A stretch of 64,000 bases of DNA from an uncultured Chromatiales bacterium. GTDB taxonomy: Bacteria > Pseudomonadota > Gammaproteobacteria > DATFLL01. The notes under the pieces are model-generated. The model made no database searches. It was not told the DNA's origin and was given only the letters and a program-made list of their open reading frames with translations. Below, in pieces: positions 21,356 to 32,830 of this stretch. The stretch is from assembly GCA_964561765.1 (NCBI GenBank), contig CAZLQI010000004.1, forward strand, positions 54,665-118,664, read 5' to 3'. Position numbers and translations under genes: made by a program. How positions within the stretch are numbered: the first letter of the stretch is position 1; the number at the start of each line of letters is the position of its first letter.

Positions 21356-23095
21356 TCAGACCGGCTCCAGATACTCCACCCGTAGCTGTATACGCTTGAT
21401 GCCTTGATATTCATTGACATCCAGGCGATAGGCCATGCGCAACCGGGTGACCTGCGCCGGCCAATTCGTATCGTCCGCGTTGAAGGCAATGGCATCGAGC
21501 ACCTGAGCGGTCACAGGATGACACACGCGTAGCTTGAGATGGTGTTGTCCCACGATGCGGTATGATAACAACTGAAACTCGCCGTCGAACAACGGTTCGG
21601 CAAAACCCTGTCCCCAGGGACCGGCATAGCGCAGGGTCTCGGCCAAATCCAGACTAAAATCCTCTGCGGCCAGTTCACCGTCACTGAGTACCAATCCGCG
21701 CAGATCCTGTACCTGTAGATGACGGCGCGCCTCCGCGTCGAAGGCAGCGGCAAAGTCCTCGAAGTGACCCATCGGCAGACTCAGGCCCGCCGCCATGGCA
21801 TGACCACCAAATTTGCTGAGCAACCCGGGGTGGCGGGCAGCGACGGCATCGAGGGCATCACGGATATGCAGGCCAGGCACCGAACGGGCCGAGCCCTTTA
21901 GCCAACCGTCCTCACCCGACACGGCGAAGGCGATGACCGGCCGGTGCAGGCGCTCTTTGATGCGCGCCGCCAGGATACCAATCACCCCTTCATGCCAACC
22001 CGGCTCGAACAGGCATACCCCCACGGGTAATGTAGTCTGCGCCGGCGCGTCCATCATCGCGTCGAGCAGGGACAGGGCCTGAGCCTTCATTTGTGCCTCA
22101 ATGCTGCGCCGTTCCTGGTTGAGCGCATCGAGCCGGGCCGCCAATGCCCGCGCCTGTGCCAGATCATCTGCCAGCAGACAGGCAATACCCAACGACATAT
22201 CTTCCAGCCGGCCGGCCGCATTGAGACGTGGTGCGACACCAAAACCCAGGTCGCTGGCGACCAGATGGGTGCGTGGCCGTCTGGCCGTCTCCAACAAAGC
22301 CTGGATCCCTGGGCACAGCCGACCTGCACGCATGCGTGCCAGCCCCTGCGCCACCAGGATACGATTGTTCGCGTCCAACACCACCACATCGGCCACGGTG
22401 CCCAGTGTCACCAGGTCCAACAGCGCGGCCAGATTGGGGTCGGGAAGGCCGTGTGTGCCAAACCAGTCCCGCTCACGCAGACGCGCACGTAAGGCCAGCA
22501 TCACGTAGAAGATCACCCCTACGCCGGCCAGGTGCTTGCTGGGGAAAGCATCTTCGGGCTGATTGGGATTCACAATGGCATTCGCCCGGGGCAAGTCGGC
22601 ACCGGGCAGGTGGTGATCGGTGACCAGGACACGAATGCCAGCGGCCCGGGCGGCCTCGACACCGGCGAGACTCGATATACCGTTATCAACGGTAATGAGC
22701 AGATCGGGCTGCCGCCCGACGGCCACTGCGACAATCTCAGGCGTCAGGCCATAGCCGTATTCGAAACGATTGGGTACCAGGTAGTCGACCTCAGTCGCAC
22801 CCATGGCACGCAGGGCACGCAGCGCCAGAGCGGTGCTGGTGGCCCCGTCAGCATCGAAATCACCGACCACCAGTATACGCCACCCCTCATTGAGGGCACG
22901 CTCGAGCAACGCAACAGCGGTCTCGATACCCTTGAGTTCCTGATAGCCGAGCAGTCTGTCCAGCCCTGTGTCCAGTTCATCGGCCCGTACCCGCCGCGCC
23001 GCATAGATCCGGGCCAGAATCGGGTGCAGACTCTTCGGCAGGTCGTGCGTGAGCATGGTCTCATCCGCCCGCCGGACAATCACCTGTTCACTCAC
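21356..23095 (-). CDS. recJ: Single-stranded-DNA-specific exonuclease RecJ
   Basis: DHH motifs (ILVVGDFDADGATSTA, VTDHH) and the DHHA1 domain, collinear with E. coli RecJ. The start is probably a GTG near 23095. The ORF-track extension is a GC-rich artefact. Confidence 0.9.
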   Translation of the reverse strand: MSEQVIVRRADETMLTHDLPKSLHPILARIYAARRVRADELDTGLDRLLGYQELKGIETAVALLERALNEGWRILVVGDFDADGATSTALALRALRAMGATEVDYLVPNRFEYGYGLTPEIVAVAVGRQPDLLITVDNGISSLAGVEAARAAGIRVLVTDHHLPGADLPRANAIVNPNQPEDAFPSKHLAGVGVIFYVMLALRARLRERDWFGTHGLPDPNLAALLDLVTLGTVADVVVLDANNRILVAQGLARMRAGRLCPGIQALLETARRPRTHLVASDLGFGVAPRLNAAGRLEDMSLGIACLLADDLAQARALAARLDALNQERRSIEAQMKAQALSLLDAMMDAPAQTTLPVGVCLFEPGWHEGVIGILAARIKERLHRPVIAFAVSGEDGWLKGSARSVPGLHIRDALDAVAARHPGLLSKFGGHAMAAGLSLPMGHFEDFAAAFDAEARRHLQVQDLRGLVLSDGELAAEDFSLDLAETLRYAGPWGQGFAEPLFDGEFQLLSYRIVGQHHLKLRVCHPVTAQVLDAIAFNADDTNWPAQVTRLRMAYRLDVNEYQGIKRIQLRVEYLEPV

Positions 23096-23114
23096 TGCAC
23101 ACCTCCCGCATTCC

Positions 23115-24188
23115 TCACGATTTCTCACACACACCAAGTATATCGCGCAGTGGGCGTCGACGGTGCCACCCGTGTCGCCAGGCAGGGCGTTCCAGACACC
23201 ACTGCCTGCCGGTGTCACTGACCAGTGTGAGACGCCCCAATCGACCCCGGCCCAGCGCCTCCAGCAAGGGCGCCAGCCAGCAGGACTGCACCTCGCCCAG
23301 CGCCCCCAGCCAGTTGTCGGCATCCGCGGTCAATACTGCCGCATGCAGACTATCAAGCACTAACAGGGATGTCTCGTGTGCATCACACGCAGCCAGCAAG
23401 GCATCCGCATCATCCGGTAGGGCACGTCCTGGCGTATCGGTATGGCAGGCCAATCCCCGTGCCAGGGGATGATCGGCCATAACCGTGTTGAACCGGGCCG
23501 GGACCGTGGGTGGCAGCGTGCCGCCTCCCCAGAACCAGAGGCTATTGACAGGCAGACGTCCCGCCTCTTCGCGCACCGTATTGAGCGCACAGGCGTGCAG
23601 AATCATCTGCACATCGTTGAGATACCGACGCCAGCAGCGTGCCGCCTTGCCCCGTGGCAAGGCGGTGTGCATGTCCCGGCCCAACACCTCGGTCAATGGG
23701 GTGGTCTGCAGTTGCGGCGGCCCACCCGCGTCGCCACCAAGTCTGAGATACCAGCGATGTGGATGCGCCACCTCCAGATGCCAGCCCTGTTCCGCAAAGC
23801 CCGCAGCGACAGCATCGGCCAACTGCCGGGCCTCCTCCACACACAAGGCCAATGCGTCATGCGCCAGCACAAGGGCACGGTCGCGATCGATCTGCACGTA
23901 GATGGGATCGGCACGCAGCCACCAAGATCCGTCAGGTGTACCCCTATCGTGCAGCCGGGTCAGCGCCGCCACCGGCAAATCTTCCTGGGTCCCGACAGGC
24001 AGGCCAAACAGGGCAAACAGCCCGGCTTCGAGTCCCTGCACACCGGTCGTCTGGCCCCGTGCCCGCGTCAGGGCAATCTCCAGCCCGCGTAGCGCTGGCC
24101 AATCTGACAACGGCCGTTCAGACAGGCCAGACAGTGGACCACACAGTCCCGGCATATAGACGGTGAGATGAGGAGAGAATCGACTCAT
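23115..24188 (-). CDS. Conserved hypothetical protein; possibly RpfE-type / alkaline-phosphatase-superfamily phosphoglycerate-mutase-like
   Basis: 357-aa ORF between hom and recJ. The family is not recognised with certainty from sequence alone. The RpfE-type assignment is a recollection of recJ-adjacent genes in Xanthomonas. Confidence 0.4.
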   Translation of the reverse strand: MSRFSPHLTVYMPGLCGPLSGLSERPLSDWPALRGLEIALTRARGQTTGVQGLEAGLFALFGLPVGTQEDLPVAALTRLHDRGTPDGSWWLRADPIYVQIDRDRALVLAHDALALCVEEARQLADAVAAGFAEQGWHLEVAHPHRWYLRLGGDAGGPPQLQTTPLTEVLGRDMHTALPRGKAARCWRRYLNDVQMILHACALNTVREEAGRLPVNSLWFWGGGTLPPTVPARFNTVMADHPLARGLACHTDTPGRALPDDADALLAACDAHETSLLVLDSLHAAVLTADADNWLGALGEVQSCWLAPLLEALGRGRLGRLTLVSDTGRQWCLERPAWRHGWHRRRPLRDILGVCEKS

Positions 24189-24316
24189 GGAGCTATGGCG
24201 TAAGTGAAAAGTGGTGGGCCGTCGGCGCTGCAGCTGACTATCGGGTTAATTCAGTGACAGGCTGGCGTATCGTGATGTATCAGCGATGTTGAAAGGCCTT
24301 GCCGGGATCAAGGAGG

Positions 24317-25630
24317 TCATGCACTCAGTCCTTCGACCCGGATCCGTGTCACCGTGCCGGGAACGGCTGACAGTCCTTCGATACGGGAAATGGCCTCATC
24401 CATCGCGCCTTCCCGTACCCGGTGGGTCAGCATGATGATCGTCGCCTCGGAGACCGCGTCGTCGAGCCCTTTTTGAATAATGGCCTCGATGCTGATCTGC
24501 GAATCGGCCAGCATGCGGGTGATATCGGCCAGCACGCCGGGACGGTCCTGGGCGCGCATACGCAGATAGTATGCCGTCTCGACCTCGGTCATGGGCAATA
24601 TCGGCAGATCGGACAGCGCATCGGGCTGGAAGGCCAAGTGCGGCACCCGGTTTTCCGGATCCGAGGTCAAGGCGCGCACCACATCGACCAGATCGGCAAC
24701 CACCGCCGAGGCCGTCGGATCGGCGCCAGCCCCGGCACCATAGTACAGAGTGGGCCCCACGGCGTCCCCCTTGACCAGCACCGCGTTCATCACCCCGTCC
24801 ACATTGGCGAGCAGGCGCCGTGCCGGGATCAGGGTCGGGTGCACGCGCATCTCGATACCCACTGCGGTTTTTCGTGCCAGGCCCAGGTGCTTAATACGAT
24901 AACCCAACTCCTCGGCATAGATGATATCCTCGCGGGTGATCCGGCTGATACCCTCGGTGTAGACCTCATCGAACTGCAGGGGCACACCGAAGGCGATGGC
25001 GGCAAGGATAGTCAGCTTATGGGCGGCATCGATACCCTCCACGTCAAAGCTCGGATCGGCCTCGGCATAGCCCAGTGCCTGTGCCTCGGCCAGCACATCG
25101 GCAAAATCACGACCCTTGTCGCGCATCTCGCTCAGGATAAAATTACCGGTACCATTGATGATGCCGGCCAGCCACTGAATGTCGTTGCCAGCCAATCCCT
25201 CACGGATTGCCTTGATGATCGGTATGCCACCGGCCACTGCGGCCTCGAAGGCCACCATCACGCCCTTGTCGCGCGCCGCAGCAAAGATCTCGTTGCCATA
25301 TCTGGCGATCAACGCCTTGTTGGCGGTCACCACATGCTTGCCTCTGGAGATGGCCCGCAGCACCATCTCCCGCGCCAGGGTGTCACCGCCGATGAGTTCC
25401 ACCACAATCTCGATGTCCGGATTATCGACGACCTCCGCGGGATGGTTCGTCAAACGGATCCCGCCAGTATCGCAGATACGCGCGCGGCCCAGGTCACGGG
25501 CGGCGGCATGGGTGATGGTGATGCCACGGCCTGCGCGCCGAGCAATCTCTGCGGCATTGCGCTTGAGTACATTGACCGTTCCCCCGCCCACAGTACCCAG
25601 ACCCAGCAGGCCAACCTGAACCGGATTCAC
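24317..25630 (-). CDS. hom: Homoserine dehydrogenase
   Basis: NAD-binding GLGTVGGG N-terminus, a catalytic domain and a C-terminal ACT domain. 437 aa. Confidence 0.9.
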   Translation of the reverse strand: MNPVQVGLLGLGTVGGGTVNVLKRNAAEIARRAGRGITITHAAARDLGRARICDTGGIRLTNHPAEVVDNPDIEIVVELIGGDTLAREMVLRAISRGKHVVTANKALIARYGNEIFAAARDKGVMVAFEAAVAGGIPIIKAIREGLAGNDIQWLAGIINGTGNFILSEMRDKGRDFADVLAEAQALGYAEADPSFDVEGIDAAHKLTILAAIAFGVPLQFDEVYTEGISRITREDIIYAEELGYRIKHLGLARKTAVGIEMRVHPTLIPARRLLANVDGVMNAVLVKGDAVGPTLYYGAGAGADPTASAVVADLVDVVRALTSDPENRVPHLAFQPDALSDLPILPMTEVETAYYLRMRAQDRPGVLADITRMLADSQISIEAIIQKGLDDAVSEATIIMLTHRVREGAMDEAISRIEGLSAVPGTVTRIRVEGLSA

Positions 25631-26841
25631 GCGCGCTCCTCCTTCGCCAAGCGTTTGTCATTGCGAAACATATCCCGGATGCCACGCACGGCCTGGCGCG
25701 TACGATGCTCGTTTTCAATCAGACTGAAGCGCACATGATTATCACCGTATTCACCGAAACCAATGCCCGGTGACACCGCCACCTTTGCCTCTGCCAGCAA
25801 CTTCTTGGCGAACTCCAGTGAACCCAGATGACGGTACTCTTGTGGGATCGGCGCCCATACAAACATGGTCGCCTTGGGTTTTTCCACCCGCCAGCCCAGG
25901 GCATTGAGTCCCTCACACAAAACATCACGGCGGCATTTATACATTGTGCGGATATCCTCGACACACTCCTGTGGGCCTTCCAGGGCGGCGATCGCTGCGA
26001 CCTGAATCGGGGTGAACATGCCATAGTCCAGATACGATTTCATCCGTGCCAGTGCCGCCACCAGGGTCGAATTGCCACACATGAAACCCACACGCCAGCC
26101 TGGCATGTTATAGCTCTTGGACAGGGTAAAGAACTCGACCGCGACGTCCTTGGCACCTGCTACCTGCAGGATGGATGGCGCAGCATAGCCATCGAAGACG
26201 ATGTCCGCATAGGCCAGATCATGAATGACCCAGATCTCGTTTTCGCGGGCGATTGCCACCACTTTTTCGAAGAATTCACGATCCACGCACTGGGTGGTGG
26301 GGTTACCGGGGAAGTTGAGCACGAGCATCTTCGGGCGCGGCCAGGAGTCCTTGATGGCTTTTTCCAGCTCAGCGAAAAAATCCACCCCGGGCACGAGAGG
26401 AACATGACGGATATCTGCCCCGGCGATCACAAATCCGTAGGGATGAATGGGATAGGAGGGGTTGGGTACGAGTACGGCATCACCAGGCCCGACTGTCGCC
26501 AATGCCAGGTGGGCCAGACCCTCTTTCGAGCCGATGGTGACGATCGCCTCACTCTCGGGGTCCAGCGCCACATCGAAACGCCGGGCGTACCAGCGGGTGA
26601 TCGCTCGGCGCAAGCGTGGGATACCCTTGGACAGGGAATAGCGATGGGTATCACGGCGCTGTGCCACCTCGACCAGCTTGTCGACGATGTGTGGCGGCGT
26701 GGGCTGATCCGGATTGCCCATCCCGAAGTCGATGATATCTTCACCCCCTGCCCGCGCCTCGGCCTTGAGTGCATTGACGATGTTGAAGACATAAGGGGGT
26801 AAGCGCTTGATTCTTTGAAAGTCGTCTATCAAGGGGCTCAT
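25627..26841 (-). CDS. PLP-dependent aminotransferase class I (AlaC-like)
   Basis: Full-length fold type I aminotransferase (the [12 protein letters not shown] Lys-PLP region). Upstream of hom, as in many proteobacteria. Confidence 0.8.
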   Translation of the reverse strand: MSPLIDDFQRIKRLPPYVFNIVNALKAEARAGGEDIIDFGMGNPDQPTPPHIVDKLVEVAQRRDTHRYSLSKGIPRLRRAITRWYARRFDVALDPESEAIVTIGSKEGLAHLALATVGPGDAVLVPNPSYPIHPYGFVIAGADIRHVPLVPGVDFFAELEKAIKDSWPRPKMLVLNFPGNPTTQCVDREFFEKVVAIARENEIWVIHDLAYADIVFDGYAAPSILQVAGAKDVAVEFFTLSKSYNMPGWRVGFMCGNSTLVAALARMKSYLDYGMFTPIQVAAIAALEGPQECVEDIRTMYKCRRDVLCEGLNALGWRVEKPKATMFVWAPIPQEYRHLGSLEFAKKLLAEAKVAVSPGIGFGEYGDNHVRFSLIENEHRTRQAVRGIRDMFRNDKRLAKEERA

Positions 26842-27005
26842 CCAGAATGTGTGCCGGGACAGCGACAAACCGGGGGTAATGGCCACATTGGCGCAGGACC
26901 CGACCGGGAGAGTACCGCAATCCCCGCCAAAGCTGATAACATTAACTGGACCCGGTTGGCGCTGTCAATCGCATCCCGTTGCTACGGACAAGGAATCCCG
27001 CCCTG

Positions 27006-27434
27006 ATGAAACTTCACCTGCAAACCAGCGGCGGCATCCACATCCACTCATACGGCCCCGGACAAGTCACCCTCGTGCTCCCCTCGCATCTGTCCGAAGC
27101 ACGTGATGCGGCGCCCGGCACGGACGGCCAAGCGGCCCTGGAGACGCTCAAGCACAGTTTTTTGCTCACCCCAACACAGCGGGTTCAGGACTGGGCGCCG
27201 GAGTGCTTCGAACAGCTCACCCGCACAGATATCGAACCGATCCTGGCGCTGGAACCCGAACTGGTTCTGCTGGGCACCGGCCCCAGTCAGCGCTTTCCGT
27301 ATCCCACGTTCGGAGTCCCGCTGATGGAACGGGGCATTGGCATGGAGGTGATGGACACCGCGGCCGCCTGCCGAACTTACAACATCCTCATGGCGGAAGG
27401 CCGCAAGGTTCTGATCGCGGCGTTGATGATCTAA
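27006..27434 (+). CDS. Mth938-like domain protein (DUF498)
   Basis: About 140 aa. The GPGQVTL...LVLLGTG pattern is typical of the Mth938/NDUFAF3-like family. Confidence 0.55.
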   Translation: MKLHLQTSGGIHIHSYGPGQVTLVLPSHLSEARDAAPGTDGQAALETLKHSFLLTPTQRVQDWAPECFEQLTRTDIEPILALEPELVLLGTGPSQRFPYPTFGVPLMERGIGMEVMDTAAACRTYNILMAEGRKVLIAALMI

Positions 27435-27475
27435 CACCTTAGTCCCTAATCGCACCCTTTAATCCTCCGCCTGTT

Positions 27476-28426
27476 CTATTCCTTGAGCAGGGCATCTCCC
27501 GAGAAACCCTCACTTTCGAGGATCTCGCGCAACCGCTTGAGTGCCTCGATCTGAATCTGGCGCACGCGCTCGCGCGTCACGCCAATGATATTGCCCACCT
27601 CTTCCAGCGTGGCCACATCATGGCCGTGCAAACCAAAACGTCGTTCGACCACCTCACGCTGCTTGTCATTGAGCTGGGACAGCCACAAATCGATATTCAC
27701 CCGGACATCATTGTCTTGTAACAGGGCCGCGGGATCGAGGTTGTTCTCGTCGGGAATAGCATCCAGTAAGGACTTGTCGGCATCTCGACCCAGTGGCACA
27801 TCAACGGAGGTGACGCGCTCATTGAGTCCTAGCATCCGCTTGACCTCCGCGATGGACTTGTCCAGCAGTTGGGCAATCTCCTCCGGGGTAGGTTCGTGGT
27901 CGAGAGTCTGTGCCAAGTACCGGGCGGCACGCAGGTAGATGTTGATTTCCTTAACCACGTGAATAGGCAGGCGGATGGTGCGGGTCTGGTTCATGATCGC
28001 CCGCTCGATGGTCTGGCGTATCCACCAGGTGGCATAAGTGGAGAAGCGGAATCCCCGCTCGGGATCGAATTTTTCCACTGCCTTGATCAGACCCAGATTA
28101 CCTTCCTCGATGAGATCGAGCAGTGCCAAGCCGCGATTGAGATAACGTCGCGCAATCTTGACCACCAGACGCAGGTTGCTCTCGATCATCTTCTTGCGTG
28201 CGCTTTCATCACCTTTTTGAATCTTGCGCGCGTAGAACACTTCCTCCTCGGCCGTCAACAACGGCGAGAAACCGATCTCACCGAGATACAACCGCGTAGC
28301 ATCGATCTGCCCGTCCGGGATATCGCCCGGTTCAAACTTCTTCTCTTCGTCCAGGCCGGCATCCTCCGGTTCGGCGTTCCCCTCTTTCTGCGTGTGCGCG
28401 AGGTCGCCATACAGTGTCAGTGTCAT
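27476..28426 (-). CDS. rpoS: RNA polymerase sigma factor RpoS (sigma-38)
   Basis: Near-identical regions 2-4 to E. coli RpoS ([20 protein letters not shown]..., [12 protein letters not shown]). Downstream of nlpD. Confidence 0.9.
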   Translation of the reverse strand: MTLTLYGDLAHTQKEGNAEPEDAGLDEEKKFEPGDIPDGQIDATRLYLGEIGFSPLLTAEEEVFYARKIQKGDESARKKMIESNLRLVVKIARRYLNRGLALLDLIEEGNLGLIKAVEKFDPERGFRFSTYATWWIRQTIERAIMNQTRTIRLPIHVVKEINIYLRAARYLAQTLDHEPTPEEIAQLLDKSIAEVKRMLGLNERVTSVDVPLGRDADKSLLDAIPDENNLDPAALLQDNDVRVNIDLWLSQLNDKQREVVERRFGLHGHDVATLEEVGNIIGVTRERVRQIQIEALKRLREILESEGFSGDALLKE

Positions 28427-28501
28427 CGCGGTTTTGCTCAACACGCTCAGGTCTTGCTTCCTGGTCACATTGATCCGCCATCTTATGGCGCCCAAGTAAG
28501 A

Positions 28502-29266
28502 TTAATGTCGCCTGGGCAAATATTTCATTGGATTCACCGGCTTGCCGTTACGGCGTATTTCAAAGTAAAGCATGACGCGATTGGCACCACTGTCACCCAT
28601 ATCAGCTATACGCTGACCACGCCTGACCTGTGCGTTCTCACTGACCAGCAAACGACTATTGTGCGCGTAGGCGCTGAGGTACGTGTTGTTGTGGTTAATG
28701 ATAATAAGCTTACCGTATCCGCGAAGTCCACTCCCGCTGTAGACCACCCGACCGGATGCCGCTGCGTAAACAGGTTGCCCGAATTTACCGGCGATATCCA
28801 GTCCCTTCCTGCCCACCTGAGCGGGCGAGAAACCTGAGATAATGGTTCCCTGCGTGGGCCACTGCCAGCGCAGGGGACCCTGTCGTGCAACGACCACACG
28901 CGGCACCGGAGCACGGCGCAAGCGCTTGGGTGCAGGGGCAGAGTGTCGCGCTGGCATGCGGTGCACCAAAACAGGCGCTGTCACGGGTGGCGTAAGGCGG
29001 ATGTGCTGCCCAGGGTAGATTGTGTAGGGGGGGGGGATCGAGTTCCAGCCAGCGACTGCCCGATAATCAAGGCGATAACGCCAGGCGATGGAATACAGGG
29101 TCTCGCCTTGCAGAACCATAGCGTAGCGTGGTCGCTGTGCATGCTGCTGGGGAAGGCTCCCCGCCACGGCATAGTACGGACGGTAGCGGGCATAATTGCC
29201 GCAGCCTGACAACAATGACGAGACCAGCAGCAGGCCGATAAAAGGTAGCCACGTAACGCGCATCAA
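28502..29266 (-). CDS. nlpD: Lipoprotein NlpD (LysM plus M23 peptidase domain)
   Basis: Lipobox LLSGC, a LysM segment and a C-terminal M23 domain. Confidence 0.85.
   Translation of the reverse strand: MMRVTWLPFIGLLLVSSLLSGCGNYARYRPYYAVAGSLPQQHAQRPRYAMVLQGETLYSIAWRYRLDYRAVAGWNSIPPPYTIYPGQHIRLTPPVTAPVLVHRMPARHSAPAPKRLRRAPVPRVVVARQGPLRWQWPTQGTIISGFSPAQVGRKGLDIAGKFGQPVYAAASGRVVYSGSGLRGYGKLIIINHNNTYLSAYAHNSRLLVSENAQVRRGQRIADMGDSGANRVMLYFEIRRNGKPVNPMKYLPRRH
29027..29036. repeat. Homopolymeric G10 (C10 on the coding strand) tract inside nlpD, encoding IPPPY
   Basis: Ten consecutive G at 29027-29036. Confidence 0.8.
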
Positions 29267-29841
29267 GACCGTAATATCAGGTAGAGCACGAGCGCTGCGA
29301 GCACCACCGCCCAGCCGATGCGCTCAATGTAGCGGCGCAGCATCTCATCCATGCGCGTACCGCCCCAGCGCATCAGGCCCGCAACCAGGAAAAATCGCAC
29401 ACCGCGCCCAATAGCCGAGGCCAAGATAAACGGCGCGAGGGCCATCGAGACCACACCCGCCGTGATCGTGAACAATTTGTACGGTATCGGTGAGACCCCG
29501 GCCAGAAACACCGCCCAGAAACCCCAGGTATTGAACCAGTGGTGCACCTCCAGGTAGCGTTCCCAGTACCCGACCCGATGCAGCAGGGGTTGCACCAGTT
29601 CAAAGGCGAAGTAGCCGATCACATAGCCCAGCAAACCACCCAGCACCGAACCCAGTGTGCTCAGTAGCGCATAACGCCAGGCGTTGTGCGGTTTACCCAG
29701 GGTCATGGGGGCCAACATGACATCCGGCGGCAGGGGAAAGAATGAGGCCTCGGCAAAGCTCAGTCCGAACAGGTAATACGTCGCGTGACGGTGTGCAGAC
29801 CAGCGCATGACACGGGTATAGAGGTGTGAGAACAGGGTCAT
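29263..29841 (-). CDS. yqaA: YqaA-family (DedA/SNARE-associated-like) inner membrane protein
   Basis: 192 aa with multiple TM helices and a YqaA-like pattern. Translationally coupled between pcm and nlpD. Confidence 0.65.
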   Translation of the reverse strand: MTLFSHLYTRVMRWSAHRHATYYLFGLSFAEASFFPLPPDVMLAPMTLGKPHNAWRYALLSTLGSVLGGLLGYVIGYFAFELVQPLLHRVGYWERYLEVHHWFNTWGFWAVFLAGVSPIPYKLFTITAGVVSMALAPFILASAIGRGVRFFLVAGLMRWGGTRMDEMLRRYIERIGWAVVLAALVLYLILRS

Positions 29842-30501
29842 CTAGATGGTTCCACCCAACAGGGGGACGAAACTGACTCGGTCCAGAGTGTGGCGCTGGA
29901 AGGCGTCTCCGCTGCGCACAATGACCTCCAGGGCCTGCCCGGATTCCGCACCGACGGGGATCACCAGTCGCCCCCCGTCAGCGAGTTGTGCCATCAGGTC
30001 CGCAGGGATATCCTGCGCCGCCGCGGTGACAATGATACCCTCGTACGGTGCATGTTCTGCCCAGCCCGAACTGCCATCAGTGTGTCTGAGCATGACATTG
30101 TGCAGTTGCAACAGACGCAGATGCTTGCGCGCACAAACCTGCAATGCGCCGATGCGTTCCACACTGTAGACCTGATCGACAAGGTGAGCGAGGATTGCGC
30201 TTTGATAACCGCAACCCGTCCCGATCTCCAGCACATGCGCCGGTCTACCCTGGCCCAGCAACGCCTCGGTCATGCGGGCCACGACATAGGGTTGGGAGAT
30301 GGTCTGGCCGTACCCAATGGGCAGGGCCGTGTCCTCATAGGCACGGCTCGACAGGGCCTCATCGACAAAGATATGCCGCGGCACCCGACGCATGACGTCC
30401 AGGACCTGCAGGTCCTGTATCCCCTCCTCACGCAGGCGCTGCACCAGCCGGTCGCGGGTACGCTGAGAGGTCATTCCGATACCATGCAGATGCCTACTCA
30501 T
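29842..30501 (-). CDS. pcm: Protein-L-isoaspartate O-methyltransferase
   Basis: SAM motif [11 protein letters not shown]. surE-pcm order. Confidence 0.9.
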   Translation of the reverse strand: MSRHLHGIGMTSQRTRDRLVQRLREEGIQDLQVLDVMRRVPRHIFVDEALSSRAYEDTALPIGYGQTISQPYVVARMTEALLGQGRPAHVLEIGTGCGYQSAILAHLVDQVYSVERIGALQVCARKHLRLLQLHNVMLRHTDGSSGWAEHAPYEGIIVTAAAQDIPADLMAQLADGGRLVIPVGAESGQALEVIVRSGDAFQRHTLDRVSFVPLLGGTI

Positions 30502-31253
30502 AGTGTACCTGTCTCACTCAGCCAGTCGGCCACCGTCTCTAACGCGGTATAGCGGGTCAGATCGACCTGCAATGGGCTGATCGACACGTGCTGGCGGCGC
30601 ACTGCATGAAAGTCGGTACCAAGACCGGCGTCCTGCTCGCCACCGGGGGGTCCTATCCAGTAGATATCGCGGCCGCGGGGGTCGCGGGCATGGATGACCG
30701 GCTCGGCCTTGTGGCGATGCCCCAGGCGTGTCGCCTCGAAACCCTCCAGCGCCTCCCAGGTACAATCCGGCACGTTGACATTGAGTATGGTGTCCGCTGG
30801 CAACGGGGAGTGGTGCAGGCGCGCGATCAACTGCGCAACGACCCGCGCCGCGGTCTCATAGTGGCGCAACTCAGGGCCGATCAGTGAGACCGCAATCGCC
30901 GGCAATCCGAGAAAACGCCCCTCCATCGCCGCGGCCACGGTGCCGGAGTACAACACATCGTCACCCAGGTTTGCCCCGGCATTGATGCCGGCAATGACCA
31001 TGTCGGGTTCCTCGGTCAGCAAACCGGTAATGGCAAGGTGCACACAGTCGGTCGGTGTCCCGTCGACGGCAATGACATCCGCGGCAATATGGCGAGCCCG
31101 GATAGGATTGTCCAGCGTCAACGAGTTACTAGCGCCGCTGCGATCGCGATCCGGTGCCACCAGCGTGACCTGGGCCAGCTCGCGCAAGACCCCGGCAAGG
31201 CAGACAATGCCCGGGGCCAGATAACCATCATCATTACTCAACAAAATACGCAT
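30498..31253 (-). CDS. surE: 5'/3'-nucleotidase SurE
   Basis: [11 protein letters not shown]-terminus. Full-length SurE. Confidence 0.9.
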   Translation of the reverse strand: MRILLSNDDGYLAPGIVCLAGVLRELAQVTLVAPDRDRSGASNSLTLDNPIRARHIAADVIAVDGTPTDCVHLAITGLLTEEPDMVIAGINAGANLGDDVLYSGTVAAAMEGRFLGLPAIAVSLIGPELRHYETAARVVAQLIARLHHSPLPADTILNVNVPDCTWEALEGFEATRLGHRHKAEPVIHARDPRGRDIYWIGPPGGEQDAGLGTDFHAVRRQHVSISPLQVDLTRYTALETVADWLSETGTL

Positions 31254-31524
31254 CTGGGTGCCATCACTCCACATATTTTCATTCCACTCCCCCCCGCCGC
31301 GCGGGCACAGCCTGGTGCAGACCGCTCACCCGCACGACTATACGCGAAAGCCCGATAACGGACACCGTCTGCACACGCCCGAACAAGGTCATCTGGAGGT
31401 AGCACCGCGCCTGCATCTGACCTCGCTGATCTGTCCGCTCCCAGCCGATACAGGTTAATGTCTATTCTTTGCGTTGAGCGTGCTTTTCGGCGATCATAAA
31501 CCCTGAACTTCCGCCCAAAATGCC

Positions 31525-32112
31525 ATGAACGATGATCACGACACGCCGCGCCGCCCCGGCGACACCTCGAAATCGCAGCAACCCGACGCGAGTGAAGACG
31601 ACAATGCCCTGTTCCGTAAGGCCATGGCACAGGTACGCCCATTGCATCACAACAAAGTCAATCTTCTCCTCCCGCCTCCCCCACCCCATACCCGGCAACG
31701 AGAACATGAGCGCTCGGAGGCGGTGTCACTCCTGCTCAGCGATCCACCCGACAATGCGGACATGGAGGCCGGCGAAGAAGTGCTGTTCTCCCGCCCGGGA
31801 TTACAGTACGGCCTGATACGCAAGCTGCGCCGCGGACAACTGAGCATGCATGGCGAACTCGATCTGCACGGAATGAGCGTGCCCGAGGCACGCGAGGCAC
31901 TCACCGGTTTCCTGCACGATGCACTTGCCCGCGGCCTCCGTGGTGTGCGTATCATCCACGGCAAGGGACATGGTTCGCCAAACCGTCGGCCTGTTCTCAA
32001 GACCCACATCAATTACTGGCTGCGCCAACGCGATGAGATCCTCGCCTTCTGCTCGGCCCGTCCCGTCGATGGCGGCACCGGTGCTGTCTACGTCCTGCTC
32101 CGACGCGTCTGA
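31525..32112 (+). CDS. Smr-domain protein (SmrA-like)
   Basis: C-terminal Smr domain LDLHGMSVPEAREAL...IIHGKG. Low-complexity acidic/Pro-rich N-terminus. Confidence 0.7.
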   Translation: MNDDHDTPRRPGDTSKSQQPDASEDDNALFRKAMAQVRPLHHNKVNLLLPPPPPHTRQREHERSEAVSLLLSDPPDNADMEAGEEVLFSRPGLQYGLIRKLRRGQLSMHGELDLHGMSVPEAREALTGFLHDALARGLRGVRIIHGKGHGSPNRRPVLKTHINYWLRQRDEILAFCSARPVDGGTGAVYVLLRRV

Positions 32113-32162
32113 ACCGAATCCCATCACACGACGGCAAGTCGGCTCACGCACAATGGCCCCAT

Positions 32163-32676
32163 TCAGCCCTCGATCTCCACCCGCTTCTCTATCGCGGGAT
32201 TGGCCGGATCATCACCGATCAGCTCACGCACCACGGCGGTGGCATAGCTCCCCGCTGGCAGACTAAAACGCAACGTCAATTCACCGGCAACACCCTGCTC
32301 CCACGCCAGATCCGTCAGCCCGAGTCGCAAGGCACGCCGTTCCTGTCGCAATCCCACACCGGCCAGTGCGAGACACCACTCATCCAGTCCCACCAGCGCC
32401 TCAGCCTCCACGGCGGCGGCCTGGGCGCACACCGGCAAACTGCGCCAGACGCCGGGCCAGCCAGTCAGTGTTCAGGCCACGTTTGCGCAATTGCAACCAG
32501 ACATGTTCACCATCGACCACCGTACCCGCACTGACCTGCAGATCGGGCACCGGGCCGGGCGTATAGCCGAGGATTTCCTCGACGACGAAATCCTCCGGTC
32601 GGGCACGCAGGATGGCGTGTGCAACCGCTGCACCGTGGGCCAGGGCGAGGGGGTGACAAACAGGGTGATCAGACAT
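32163..32676 (-). pseudogene. truD: tRNA pseudouridine(13) synthase TruD remnant with internal deletion and frameshift
   Basis: The ORF 32401-32718 encodes the TruD N-terminus (RARPEDFVVEEILGY...). The ORF 32163-32438 encodes the TruD C-terminus (LTLRFSLPAGSYATAVVRELI). The frames differ, and roughly 180 central codons are missing. Confidence 0.65.
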
Positions 32677-32830
32677 GGGGTAGAGACTGCAAGCGGGGCC
32701 GTGGACAATATCGGCCAATGAATGATTCGATGAGACTGTACACTACGGGGCGGCAATGCCGATATCACGCACTATGCGCAGCCCCGCTGACAGCACGCAA
32801 TCTGCCATCGTCCGGTACGCAGCGGACCAC

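Noticed and set aside
21356-23323. Extra 76 N-terminal codons of recJ (W/R/G-rich)
   Set aside because: These are not present in RecJ orthologues. A GTG near 23095 aligns with the E. coli RecJ start.
31238-31642. 134-aa minus-strand ORF spanning the surE-smr intergenic region
   Set aside because: It overlaps the surE start and the smr start on the opposite strand. It is Arg/Ala-rich with no similarity.
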